Part shown: one piece after another, positions 7,820-16,763 of the stretch
Layout of the letters: each line of letters starts with the position of its first letter
How positions within the stretch are numbered: the stretch's first letter is position 1
Virus record (IMG/VR): IMGVR_UViG_3300023261_000004
Span: 1 to 40,254 of that record
Length of the DNA stretch: 40,254 nucleotides
Strand: one strand, 5' to 3'
Source of the DNA: a virus
Lineage: Duplodnaviria > Caudoviricetes
Position numbers and translations under genes: made by a program
Notes under the pieces: generated by a model
Databases searched by the model: none
Told to the model about the DNA's origin: nothing
What the model saw: the letters and a program-made list of their open reading frames with translations, nothing else

Positions 7820-10123
7820 TCAGGCTCCCACTTCAATGAACGGCAGCAAGGCCAGGATCGTCAGCGGGGTCGGCTCGGTGTGCCGGATGATGAAGCGCCC
7901 TTCGTCGTCCCACGACGCCAGAATGCTCATCTCGAGCGACTGGCTCACCAGCACGCCGGGCGTCTCCCAGGTCTTCCGCTGCTGCTGCGTCAACGTCGCT
8001 TCGGTCTTGCCGGCCCAGAACCCCTGCACGCTCCGGTCGACGATCGCGGTGATGCCCTGGACGCGCTTCTTCTTCGCGCGCACGTTGCTGCCCTCCACGT
8101 CGAGGCTCAGGCTTTCGAACGTCGGGTAGGGGATCGGCAACCCGACATGCACCACGCTGGCGGCACTCGGCAGCGTGATCGCGTTCCCGCTCACCACGTA
8201 GCCGCCGGTCGTTTCGTGGCCGTTGGCCAGCACCACCCCGTCCGCCACGACCGCCACGCGCATCCCGTCCAGATGCGACAGGATGTCGATCGTGGTCGTC
8301 TCTGACCCGCTGTAGGTCACGCCGCTGTCGGCGAAGAGGCAGCGCGCGGCGAGGTTCGCCGCGGTGATCCCTTCGCGCTGGGCCAGGCGCTCGATGTAGC
8401 GCGTGTCGTCGCTGCCAACCGTGCGCCGGACCACCAGATACAGCACGTCCCCGGTTTCCTCGGGCAGCACGCAGATGTCTTCGATCACGTCCCCGTCGCC
8501 GGTCGTGTGCCGGTGCCACGCCCAGACGTTCTCGGTGGGAATGAACGTCAGCCCGAGCAGCACCCCGTCTGACCCGAGCGCCCACACGATCGAATGCGGG
8601 TCTTTCGAGTAGACCACCTTGATCACCGTGCGCGACTCAAACAGGTGTTGCGCCATGACCGTCAGGTCGGTCACCGACGTGCCCTCCTGCCCGCCGAGGT
8701 CGAACACCAGCACCATGTGCCCGCCGCGGTGGATATACACCGCGCTGTTGCCGACCGTCGTGGCCGGCGCGCGCGCGGCCCCGCCCTCGCCCTGGTTGCG
8801 CGCGTTGATCGCGTCCGGCCGGATCACCCCGTCCTGCCCGTCCCCGAACAGCACCACCGGCCCGCTCTCCGTCAGCAGCACCAGGTTGTCGAGCGGCACG
8901 AGCTCGCGCACCACGTTGTTGTCGTTCGACGCCAGCGTGAAACTGATCGCGTCGTCGTCTTGGATCGGCGAGCTCATCGTGAAGTTGGAGCGGAACCCGG
9001 TGCGACTCATCTCGACGCCGGCCGGGTTGTTGTCGGTATAGCCGAACACCCGGCGCTGCTGGTAGATCGTGCTCATCTCGGGCTTGTCATACGTGCCGGC
9101 AAACGGGTTGCGCTGCACGGGTGGGGTGCGCGTGAAGTCCGGCGCGAATCCCACGTCCTTGAAGTTCTCCTGCTCGGTCGCCTTGCCGATGTAACCGAAC
9201 GTGTTGTTCCCGAACGGGTCGAGGTAAACGTTGTATTCGACCGCGCCGGCCACCGCGGTCCACGTCAGCACGACCGGGTAGCTCTCGGTCGGGATCTGCG
9301 TGTTCGCCACCACGATCACGGCAGACGGCAGGCTCTCTTCGTAGGTGACCTGGTCCACGGCCGTCACGAGGTAGCGGAACGTGCGGTCCCCCGGCACCGG
9401 GTCGTGGCTCGCGTCACTGCCGGTCGGCGGCTGCGACGGTTCGCCCTCGAGAAACGAGTCGGTGGGGGGCGCGTCGATACTCGGGTCCGTCTCGATCGGC
9501 ACCAGCACCCAGCGCGGGGCGCTCGCCAAAGTGTTGGTGTTCTGGAGTTCCATCGGCGCGAACCCCGGGTGCGTGATCGTGATCAGCGCGCCGGTCTGGC
9601 TGAACCGCAGCGGGGCCGGGCTGTTGAACGCGCCAGACGGATACGGGGTCGGGATCTCGTAGATGGTGCCCGGCAGTGGATACCAACTGCTGTCGCTCGG
9701 GTCGGTCGGGTCGCTCCCGCTGTTGTCCGCGGTGGCGTAGTAGATCACGCCGCTGATGGTCACGAGGTCGCCCTGCAGGTAGCTGTCGCTGCCGCTCCAG
9801 GCCGGGACCGTGCTCTCGAGGATCTCGACCGGGGCGCCGTTCTGATGGAACCGGAAGTAGTAGTCCCCGGCCTCGATCAGCACGGCCTGGTCCGCGGCAC
9901 TGAACGTCCACGGGTAAATGAACACCAGGTTCTCGGGGTCGCCGGCCGTGGCGACGTATTGCGTGCCGGCACGGTTGCTGATCCCGCCGCTCTTGCGCAC
10001 AAAGAAATTGACCAGCGCCCGGCAGCCCTGCGTGTAGCGCGCCACGTCCGCGCGCGCGTGCAGGCTCGGGTCGAGCTCGCCACCACTGAAGGCGCGCTGG
10101 AACGCGTAGTCCGCCAGGCCCAT
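7820..10123 (-). CDS. Tail nozzle / tail tubular protein B (767 aa) with CBM5/12-like and Fn3-like insertions
   Basis: QRAFSGGELDPSLHARAD..Y..G..LVNF...GG..NRAGT N-terminus, YQQRRVFG, SRTG..NF, VWAWHRHTTG, YIERL, HLDG..V.VVADG, VHVGLP, P.PLTIL motifs. Confidence 0.9.
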   Translation of the reverse strand: MGLADYAFQRAFSGGELDPSLHARADVARYTQGCRALVNFFVRKSGGISNRAGTQYVATAGDPENLVFIYPWTFSAADQAVLIEAGDYYFRFHQNGAPVEILESTVPAWSGSDSYLQGDLVTISGVIYYATADNSGSDPTDPSDSSWYPLPGTIYEIPTPYPSGAFNSPAPLRFSQTGALITITHPGFAPMELQNTNTLASAPRWVLVPIETDPSIDAPPTDSFLEGEPSQPPTGSDASHDPVPGDRTFRYLVTAVDQVTYEESLPSAVIVVANTQIPTESYPVVLTWTAVAGAVEYNVYLDPFGNNTFGYIGKATEQENFKDVGFAPDFTRTPPVQRNPFAGTYDKPEMSTIYQQRRVFGYTDNNPAGVEMSRTGFRSNFTMSSPIQDDDAISFTLASNDNNVVRELVPLDNLVLLTESGPVVLFGDGQDGVIRPDAINARNQGEGGAARAPATTVGNSAVYIHRGGHMVLVFDLGGQEGTSVTDLTVMAQHLFESRTVIKVVYSKDPHSIVWALGSDGVLLGLTFIPTENVWAWHRHTTGDGDVIEDICVLPEETGDVLYLVVRRTVGSDDTRYIERLAQREGITAANLAARCLFADSGVTYSGSETTTIDILSHLDGMRVAVVADGVVLANGHETTGGYVVSGNAITLPSAASVVHVGLPIPYPTFESLSLDVEGSNVRAKKKRVQGITAIVDRSVQGFWAGKTEATLTQQQRKTWETPGVLVSQSLEMSILASWDDEGRFIIRHTEPTPLTILALLPFIEVGA

Positions 10124-10126
10124 GGC

Positions 10127-12475
10127 CTACGTCCGGCTCCGGGTCCAGCTGGCCTGCCCGTGCGGCGGCTGCTGTCCCTCCTGCGCGGCCACGGCCTTGG
10201 CCTGGTCGAGGATCAGCATGAACATCTGCATACACTCGGTGGCGGTCTTGGCGGTGCGGGTCAGGCCCGGCGCCATCAGCCCGGCCAGCCGCCAGCCGAG
10301 CGCGTCTTCGAACAGCGCGTCGAAGAAGTCCTCCGAACATTCCACCAGGGCCGTGTATTCCAGCACCGCATCCGGCACGTTGGTGTAGATCAACGGCACG
10401 TCGTTGACCCCGTTCCACGTGCGGCCGACCCGGAATTCCTGCGGGGCCGGGTCGAACCCGCGCCCGGCCCCGCCTTCGGTCACCAGCCGGCGCGCGTGCA
10501 GGCAGTCGATCGGATACCGGTAGGCGTAGACCCACTCGTCGGCCACCACCGGGTCGCTGTCGCTGCCGTCGACGAGGTTCATGTAACCGTCGACCGCATC
10601 GGCCCCCCCGGCATACTTGGTGGCGAACGGCCAGTCCCAGTGCCGCAGGGAGGCGCGCAGCGCCAGGTCCCAGAGCTCGGCTGCGGTGTAACCCTCGGCG
10701 GTGGCTTCGTCGAGGTCGGTGATAAAGCGCGTCTGCCCCAGTTTGGCTAGGGCCTGGTTCGTGATCTGGAGGCGGGTAGACACGCAACACTCGCAAACGT
10801 CGGGGGCATTCGTGAAGGTCACCGTGACGGTTTCCCCGACTGACACCGTCAGGTTCACAGAGGCGCTGCCGTTGTTCACCACCGTCGAGGTCAGGTCCCA
10901 GCCGCTCAACGGCGCTTCGCTCACCCCGTAGCCGGTGCCCGCCGGCACGTCAGTGAACACCATGCTGTCGCCAGGCTCAAGCGTGAATGTGTTGGGGTCG
11001 AAGGCGTCCGCCGGGGACATGGTGAACGTGAACACCGGCGTGTCGCTCGATGGCTCGGCCAGCGCGGCCTTTACGACCGTGACCGTGCCGGTGGTCGGCT
11101 CGACCACGTCGCTGTCGTCGCTGCCGTCGCTGTCCGACGTGTCCGGCGTGCCCATCTCCGCCGGCAGCGCCCAGAACGGGCACGAGTGCTCGGGGCCGAA
11201 CAGTTCCGCGTCCGGGTCGTCCGGGTCCACGTAGCCGAAATAGCTGCGCCCCTGCACCTCAAATTCGGCCCCGGCCACGTCACCGGTGTTGGGGTCCAGT
11301 TCCAGGTAGCTGCTGGTGAAGACGCCCGGCACGCCGGCATACAGTTCGTTCTGGTTGAACAGCCGCAGCCAGAACATGTCGGGGTCGTTCAGGCTGTGCG
11401 CGATGCGCGGCACGCTTGAACTGGTGCCATCGGTCAGGGTCACATCGAACGTCGCCAACTGCGTGCCGTCACCGTCGTAGTGCCGGATCGTCAGGGCCGC
11501 AGGGGCGCTGAACTTGCTGAACCCGAACACGAACGTGCCGTCCGAGAGCGCGAGCGCCTCCTTCAACGGGCGCCGGCCCGTGATCCCTGGCGCCCACGTG
11601 CCTAGGTCAATGTCGTTCTGGAGGTCCCAGGCCTTGATCGGCGCCCCGCTGGTATCTTCCTGATACAGCAGGATCGCGTTCGTCAGGCCCAGCGACACCA
11701 CCATGTTCCGCGGCTGCACGCCAATGTCGCGGGTAAACCCGGTCAGCACGCCCGTGGCCCCGTCGATCCCGTAGACGATGCCCGCGACGTTCACGAAAAA
11801 CGTGTCGTCGCGGTTGCTGGTGATCGGGCATTCGTAGTCGAAGGCCGTGTCCAACCCGGCCACCGTCGCCACCAGCGCCGGGGTCTGGTCGTACAGGTGG
11901 AAGTGCCCCTCGTCGAGGTCGAGGATCAGGCTGTAGCCGTTGGGCAGCACCGCCCCGCGCTCGCAGGCGATGAACGTCGGGGTGACGTAGAGCACCCGCC
12001 CGTCCTCGGCGCTGATCACCACGCCTGGCGTGTAACTGCCGTCGCTGCCGGTCGTCCACGTATCGGTCGGGATAAACAGACTGCCGATCGGCGCCCCGGC
12101 CGTGGGGGCGCTCTCGATCGTGATCGTCAGGTCCACCCCGGTGTTGGGCGCGACGACGCTGGCATCCTTCACCTTGAACCAGTAGGTAACGCCCGGCACC
12201 ACCGCAACTATGCCGACACGCCGCTGGTCTTGGATGGGGATCGGCCACTTCGTGGTCAGCGAACCGGGGTCGTCGCCCCAGTAACACTGGGTGAAGGGGT
12301 TGAAGATCGTTTCGTCGGTCGTGTTTTGACGGAACGCTAACTCGCGATCCGCCTCAACCGCGGTGTATTTCCACCACAGTTCCTCGACCACATCGACCGG
12401 CGCTTCGATCGTGGTGGTGAACGGCAGTGCGGTAATGACGATCGCGTCGGCCGCGCTGGTGTTGAGGTTCGGCAC
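10127..12475 (-). CDS. Head-tail adaptor (tail tubular protein A-like, C-terminal ~218 aa) fused to ~560 aa of beta-rich domains including a SpaA/prealbumin-like Ig domain
   Basis: C-terminus ITNQALAKLG..ITDLDE..LRHWDWPFATK..WVYAYRYPIDCL..FDALFEDALGWRLA; preceding GTVTVVKA..FTFT..GYGVSEAPLSGWDLTS..TVTVTFTN; GTG start; lies just before the nozzle. Confidence 0.8.
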   Translation of the reverse strand: MPNLNTSAADAIVITALPFTTTIEAPVDVVEELWWKYTAVEADRELAFRQNTTDETIFNPFTQCYWGDDPGSLTTKWPIPIQDQRRVGIVAVVPGVTYWFKVKDASVVAPNTGVDLTITIESAPTAGAPIGSLFIPTDTWTTGSDGSYTPGVVISAEDGRVLYVTPTFIACERGAVLPNGYSLILDLDEGHFHLYDQTPALVATVAGLDTAFDYECPITSNRDDTFFVNVAGIVYGIDGATGVLTGFTRDIGVQPRNMVVSLGLTNAILLYQEDTSGAPIKAWDLQNDIDLGTWAPGITGRRPLKEALALSDGTFVFGFSKFSAPAALTIRHYDGDGTQLATFDVTLTDGTSSSVPRIAHSLNDPDMFWLRLFNQNELYAGVPGVFTSSYLELDPNTGDVAGAEFEVQGRSYFGYVDPDDPDAELFGPEHSCPFWALPAEMGTPDTSDSDGSDDSDVVEPTTGTVTVVKAALAEPSSDTPVFTFTMSPADAFDPNTFTLEPGDSMVFTDVPAGTGYGVSEAPLSGWDLTSTVVNNGSASVNLTVSVGETVTVTFTNAPDVCECCVSTRLQITNQALAKLGQTRFITDLDEATAEGYTAAELWDLALRASLRHWDWPFATKYAGGADAVDGYMNLVDGSDSDPVVADEWVYAYRYPIDCLHARRLVTEGGAGRGFDPAPQEFRVGRTWNGVNDVPLIYTNVPDAVLEYTALVECSEDFFDALFEDALGWRLAGLMAPGLTRTAKTATECMQMFMLILDQAKAVAAQEGQQPPHGQASWTRSRT

Positions 12476-12487
12476 GGCCGGGCCTGA

Positions 12488-12973
12488 CTACTCCAGCAGT
12501 TTGTCGGGGTCGTCCACCGGCAGGGCGGTCGGGTCCGCCGCGCGCGGGTCCAGCGTCGGGCGCGTCCCCTGCGCCGTCCGCGGCATTCCCGGGATCCCGC
12601 GCTTCACCGCCGCCGCGCGCGGGAACGGGAACGGGTCCGGCGCAAACGCCTTCGGGTCCTTCGGCGGCACCTCGTCGGTCACCTCGAGCATTTGCCCGGG
12701 CTTGAACTTGCGCGGGTCCGTCAGCGTGAACACCTCGCCGGCCCGGATCCGGCGGTTCTCGTGGAACAAGGGCTTGAGCGCCTGCACGCGCAAGGCGGCC
12801 CCGCGCAGCCGTTGCGCGTGTCCGGGCTTGGCGACCCCGCTGGAGGGCTTCAGGCCCTGGACCGGGCCGAGGGCCTGCTCGTGGCGCACGAGCTCGTGCT
12901 CGGGCAGCAGTGGCTCTTCCGGGGGCGCGGGCTCCGGCGCGGGCCGGCCGTGGGCCGGTTGCTTGATCGGCAT
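12488..12973 (-). CDS. Pro-rich hypothetical virion-module protein (161 aa), paralogue of 13034..13678
   Basis: AGGAG SD; shared domain L.VQALK.L...NR.IRAGEVFTL.D.RKFK..QM.EV. Confidence 0.7.
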   Translation of the reverse strand: MPIKQPAHGRPAPEPAPPEEPLLPEHELVRHEQALGPVQGLKPSSGVAKPGHAQRLRGAALRVQALKPLFHENRRIRAGEVFTLTDPRKFKPGQMLEVTDEVPPKDPKAFAPDPFPFPRAAAVKRGIPGMPRTAQGTRPTLDPRAADPTALPVDDPDKLLE

Positions 12974-12985
12974 CAACAACTCCTG

Positions 12986-13025
12986 TCAGAAAGGCGGGGC
13001 GGGCGGGGGGAGGCACCCGCCCCAC
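12986..13025 (-). terminator. Probable intrinsic terminator
   Basis: Minus-strand stem GTGGGGCGGGTG / CGCCCGCCCCGC followed by CTTTCT, just after the stop at 13034. Confidence 0.5.
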
Positions 13026-13033
13026 GGTCGGGG

Positions 13034-13678
13034 TTACTCGGTCTTCTCGGGTTGCGGCTTCTCGGTCGACAGCGTCTGCCGGTTCGCCAGCGACGGCGGC
13101 GGCACGCTCGGTGGCTCACCGGGGTCCGGCAGCGCCTCGGGGTCCGCCTGCGCGTTGCTGGTGGCGTTCCCAAAGTCGTGGTCCTTGCGCTGCTGCGGAG
13201 TCAGCCCGTCATGCGAGGCGAACACCCCCGGCACCATGCCCTCGGCGATCGGCCCCGGCTCGAGCGGTTCCTCGCGCGTGTCCTTCGGGTCGTAGTCCAC
13301 CTCGATCATCTGGTTGGCCTTGAACTTCCGCGCGTCCTTCAAGGTGAACACCTCGCCGGCGCGAATGCTCCGGTTCTGATACCAAAGGTCCTTCAGGGCC
13401 TGCACCTGGAGGCGCCCGCCCTTGCTGCGTTCCTCGTGCCCGGGGCGCTCGTCGCGCTGGTCCGGGTCCCGGTTCTCGGACACCTCGCGCGGCTTCACCT
13501 CGTCCGGGTCCCGCGGCCGGGTCTGCTCGCGGATCTTCTGCAGCCGCGCCTCCTGCGCCGGGTCCCGCCGGTGCTCGTCGCCGACCTTGGTCTTGTCGCG
13601 TGATGCCTGACTGCCGCTTTCCTCGCCACGGGCCCGCGCTGGACGAGCCGCGGGAGTGGGGTTAGTCGTCTGAGCCAT
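13034..13678 (-). CDS. Charged/disordered hypothetical virion-module protein (214 aa)
   Basis: AGGA SD; ~45-aa domain shared with the downstream gene. Confidence 0.75.
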   Translation of the reverse strand: MAQTTNPTPAARPARARGEESGSQASRDKTKVGDEHRRDPAQEARLQKIREQTRPRDPDEVKPREVSENRDPDQRDERPGHEERSKGGRLQVQALKDLWYQNRSIRAGEVFTLKDARKFKANQMIEVDYDPKDTREEPLEPGPIAEGMVPGVFASHDGLTPQQRKDHDFGNATSNAQADPEALPDPGEPPSVPPPSLANRQTLSTEKPQPEKTE

Positions 13679-13681
13679 GGT

Positions 13682-14362
13682 CTAGATCCTCGCTGCCACC
13701 AGTTCGCGGTGGCGGCCGGGAAGGAAGAGTGCGTGCTGCAGCCGCGTCCCGTAGCGCGTCTCCAGCAGCCGGAGGGCGGCCTGGTCCGCCGGCACGTGCC
13801 CGCGGGCGTCGATCCGCTCCCCCGGCAGGTAGGCATACCCCGGGTTCCAACTGAACCCGAGCAGCCGCACCTCTGCCGCCTCTGCCAGCAACGCGAATGC
13901 CGCCGCCGTGACCCCGGCCGACATCGCGTCTTTCGTGTCCTTGTGCGGCCGGGCGCCGGCGTGCACCTCGAGCAGCCGCCGGTCCAGTTGGGTCAGCATC
14001 TCCCAGCGCTCGACCGTCGTGCCCTGCGTGCGGAAGATGCCTAACGTGGTGCGCGGGGCCTCCGGCTCACGGGCCAGGAACACCACCAGCGGCACGGTCT
14101 TGCCGCGGCCCTGGTGCAGCATCAGGTGCGCCAGGCGCCGGCGCGACGGCCCCCACTGGTCGAACTGGCTCGAGCGGCTGTTGACCACCCACACGTCCGG
14201 GTTGCCCTTGACGCTCGAGATGCCTCCATTTACGGCCACCACCTTGCCGCGCACGCGCACGGGGTCGGCCGGCCCCAGCGGGGCCGCGCCCAGCACCGTG
14301 ACCGGATAGCCGGCCAACTGCGCAGCCAGCGCCTGGCGCGTCTGCTCGGTGACCGCGTTCAT
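13682..14362 (-). CDS. Putative glycosyltransferase, GT29/GT42 (sialyltransferase)-like fold (226 aa)
   Basis: ATG overlaps upstream stop (ATGA); VTVLGAAP, VVAVNGG, MSAGVTAAAFAL...VRLLGFS and a late His resemble sialylmotifs L/S/VS. Confidence 0.55.
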   Translation of the reverse strand: MNAVTEQTRQALAAQLAGYPVTVLGAAPLGPADPVRVRGKVVAVNGGISSVKGNPDVWVVNSRSSQFDQWGPSRRRLAHLMLHQGRGKTVPLVVFLAREPEAPRTTLGIFRTQGTTVERWEMLTQLDRRLLEVHAGARPHKDTKDAMSAGVTAAAFALLAEAAEVRLLGFSWNPGYAYLPGERIDARGHVPADQAALRLLETRYGTRLQHALFLPGRHRELVAARI

Positions 14363-15108
14363 AGCGTTGGCCGTGGCGGGCGCATCTGCCGGCCCCGGCG
14401 CATCTCCTGTTGCAGGCGCGCGCGCATCTCGTCTTCGCGCTCTTCCCCGTCCTGGGCGCGCATCGCCGCCAGTTCGTCGAAATGGTGCCGGTCGTAGGCG
14501 TAGAGGTAGGTCGGCTGCAGGAACGAGCTCGAGCCGTCGACCACCACGTCCACCCCGAGCCCGCGCGCCACGCCCATCCAGTAGCCAATGTCCCGATGCA
14601 GATGCTGGTGGTTCACGCCACGCGGCTGGCCGATCCCGTTCAGCACGATCGTGTCCGCGCCCTCGACCAGCGCAAACGCCAGCATCATCCCGACCTGGCT
14701 GTAAAACATCTTGGTCGGGCCCGGCGCCTCGCCCCAGCGCTCGCGGGTCGGGAACGCTGCGCGGATGGCGTCGATCGGGAACCGCGTGGCCCCCGGCACC
14801 ATCTGGAACCGCTCGAGCGCGAGCGCCTGCTGGCTCTTGTGCTGCTCGGGCGCCTGCAGGTAGATCGGCCGGCGGCCGTCCTGCGCGCAATACCAGCGCC
14901 ACGCTTCGGGCCGCCGCTCGGGAATGCCCGGGAAGTCCTTCGTCTTGACCAGCGGGTGCACGTCCACCCACCGGTCCCAGTCCGTCAGCTTGCCGCCCCA
15001 GTAGCGCACATTGCAGCGCGTGCAGCCCCAGAGCTCGGCCGCCCGGCCATACTTCGGGGGCCGCGGGTCCCCCGTGACCTGCGCCCCGTGAATGATGATC
15101 GTGTGCAT
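14359..15108 (-). CDS. Putative glycosyltransferase-like protein, GT29/Maf-like fold (249 aa)
   Basis: IIIHGA..ELWGC..DRWVDVH..SQVGMMLAFALVEGADTIVLNGIG..YWMGVARGLGVDV..S.FL...LYAY pattern. Confidence 0.55.
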   Translation of the reverse strand: MHTIIIHGAQVTGDPRPPKYGRAAELWGCTRCNVRYWGGKLTDWDRWVDVHPLVKTKDFPGIPERRPEAWRWYCAQDGRRPIYLQAPEQHKSQQALALERFQMVPGATRFPIDAIRAAFPTRERWGEAPGPTKMFYSQVGMMLAFALVEGADTIVLNGIGQPRGVNHQHLHRDIGYWMGVARGLGVDVVVDGSSSFLQPTYLYAYDRHHFDELAAMRAQDGEEREDEMRARLQQEMRRGRQMRPPRPTL

Positions 15109-15120
15109 CGTCGGTCCACC

Positions 15121-15157
15121 GAACCCCCGCGCCGGACTGCCGACAGCGCGGGGGCTC
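15121..15157 (-). other. Strong intergenic hairpin after the capsid/cement genes (no U-tract)
   Basis: GAGCCCCCGCGCTG / CGGCGCGGGGGTTC 14-bp stem with two G-U pairs. Confidence 0.55.
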
Positions 15158-15169
15158 GCCACACCAGAG

Positions 15170-15625
15170 CTAAATGCTGTAGCCCTTGGCGTAGGTCATC
15201 CAACTGCCCACGTGCTCGGTCGGCACGATGTAGCAGCTGACCGTGATCGTGTCGTCGGTCCCGAGCTCGTAGCGCGCGCCCAGATACCGCAGCGCGCCGG
15301 TCGACTGGATCGCTTGCGGGATCGGGATGTCGAACGCCGCGCCGGCCGTCAGGGCCGCCGCCGGGATCCGGCGCTTGATCAACTCCACGTGGCTCGAGAG
15401 GTTCGCATTGGCACTGGCCACCGCGATCACGTCGAACGTGTCGGTGAAGCTGCCGCCATCCGCCGCCGCGGCCGTGATCACCACCACGATCAGCGAGAGT
15501 GGCGTGCCGGTGCCGATCCGGTGCTTCGGGGTGATGTTCCCGAGGTCATACGAGAAGTCGCTGTAGGCGTCGGCCGAGGTGACCGCCTGCGCCGTCGACA
15601 GTTCCGCGAGTTTGTCAAGGATCAT
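15170..15625 (-). CDS. Capsid cement/decoration protein (Bbp16-like, 151 aa)
   Basis: MILDKLAELSTAQAVTS...DLG...IG.GTPL.L...LRYLGARY; GGGAG SD; immediately after the MCP. Confidence 0.85.
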   Translation of the reverse strand: MILDKLAELSTAQAVTSADAYSDFSYDLGNITPKHRIGTGTPLSLIVVVITAAAADGGSFTDTFDVIAVASANANLSSHVELIKRRIPAAALTAGAAFDIPIPQAIQSTGALRYLGARYELGTDDTITVSCYIVPTEHVGSWMTYAKGYSI

Positions 15626-15635
15626 GGCTGGCTCC

Positions 15636-16763
15636 CTACACGACCACATCTTCGGTGGAGAGGATCGCGTCGACCGTGCGGATCGGCGTGTCCCCAAAGA
15701 CCATCGTCGGCTTGCCGGCGACGTTGTCGAACGTCAGCCCGCCGCCTTCCATCACGTCCGACCGCACTTGCCGGCGCATGAAGCGCTTCACGGTGCGGTT
15801 CGCATACCAGACCCGGCGCCCGAGGCTGTTCGGGATCCGCTCTTCCGCGTCCCCCATCAGCGTCATCAGGTCGGCCGCGTCACTGACGCTCGAGAGGTTC
15901 GACACGTCGATGTTCGCGATCCGCACGATGTAACGGTAGTCCTTGACCGCGATCCCGGCCTTCCACATCCAGTGGTCCCGATACGCGCGCATCAACGCCC
16001 CCGTGACCCCGTTCGCGTTCTCCACCGTCTCGATCCCGAGGTCTTCGTGCGACAGGCCCGCGGTCGAGCCCTTCGGATAGATCCCGGTCACCGTCTCTTC
16101 GGACCACGCGATCAACCACATCGAGGTGTTGTCGGTCGAGCCCGTGCCGCCGGCCTTGATGATGTTGTCCCCGTTGCCGGCGGTGGTGTCCGAGTAGCGC
16201 ACCGCCAAGCCAATGAATTCCTCGGGCGCTGACGCGGTGCCGTAGATCACCGTCGCCTGCATTTCTTGGTTCATGGCCTCGAGAAACGCGCGCGCTTCCG
16301 AGAGGCGCAGCGCGCCCGGGTTCCCGCCCAGCTGCGCCAGCGCCACGTCCACCTGGCTGTAGGCCTCGAGCATTCCCGTTTGCTCGGTGATCTGGCCCGT
16401 CCGAGACTTGCTCGGCAGCACGCCCTGGTTGATCAGGCGCCAGTAGACGGTCGGCAGCGCCGTGCGGATCGTCGTGAGCTCGCCCGTGGTCAGGTTGCCT
16501 TCCTTCCACGTCATGTCGGCGAGCATCTCATTCGTTTGCGACAGCAGTTCGGCAATGTCCGCGATCTGCCCGTTCGGGTCGAGGCGCTTGGCCTGGTCCA
16601 CCAGCGTCAGGTTCGTGGTGGCCAGCACGGTCACCCCGACCACGGCCAGGCCGAGCAGGTGGAGCCAGGCCGGGCCGGTCGAGCTCGTGGCACTCGAGGC
16701 CGCGAGAGCGGGCGCGACGGCTGCCAGCAGCAGCACGCACGCCAGAGTAAAGCGTCGGATCAT
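15636..16763 (-). CDS. Major capsid protein (BPP-1 Bbp17-like, HK97 fold) with a ~44-aa hydrophobic N-terminal extension
   Basis: TLVDQAKRLDPNG.IA.IAELLSQTNEML.D..W.EGN..TG..T.IRT.LP...WR..NQG, GIYPKGS.AGL, DYRYIVRIANID; AAAGGA SD before ATG 16763; alternative GTG at 16634. Confidence 0.92.
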   Translation of the reverse strand: MIRRFTLACVLLLAAVAPALAASSATSSTGPAWLHLLGLAVVGVTVLATTNLTLVDQAKRLDPNGQIADIAELLSQTNEMLADMTWKEGNLTTGELTTIRTALPTVYWRLINQGVLPSKSRTGQITEQTGMLEAYSQVDVALAQLGGNPGALRLSEARAFLEAMNQEMQATVIYGTASAPEEFIGLAVRYSDTTAGNGDNIIKAGGTGSTDNTSMWLIAWSEETVTGIYPKGSTAGLSHEDLGIETVENANGVTGALMRAYRDHWMWKAGIAVKDYRYIVRIANIDVSNLSSVSDAADLMTLMGDAEERIPNSLGRRVWYANRTVKRFMRRQVRSDVMEGGGLTFDNVAGKPTMVFGDTPIRTVDAILSTEDVVV

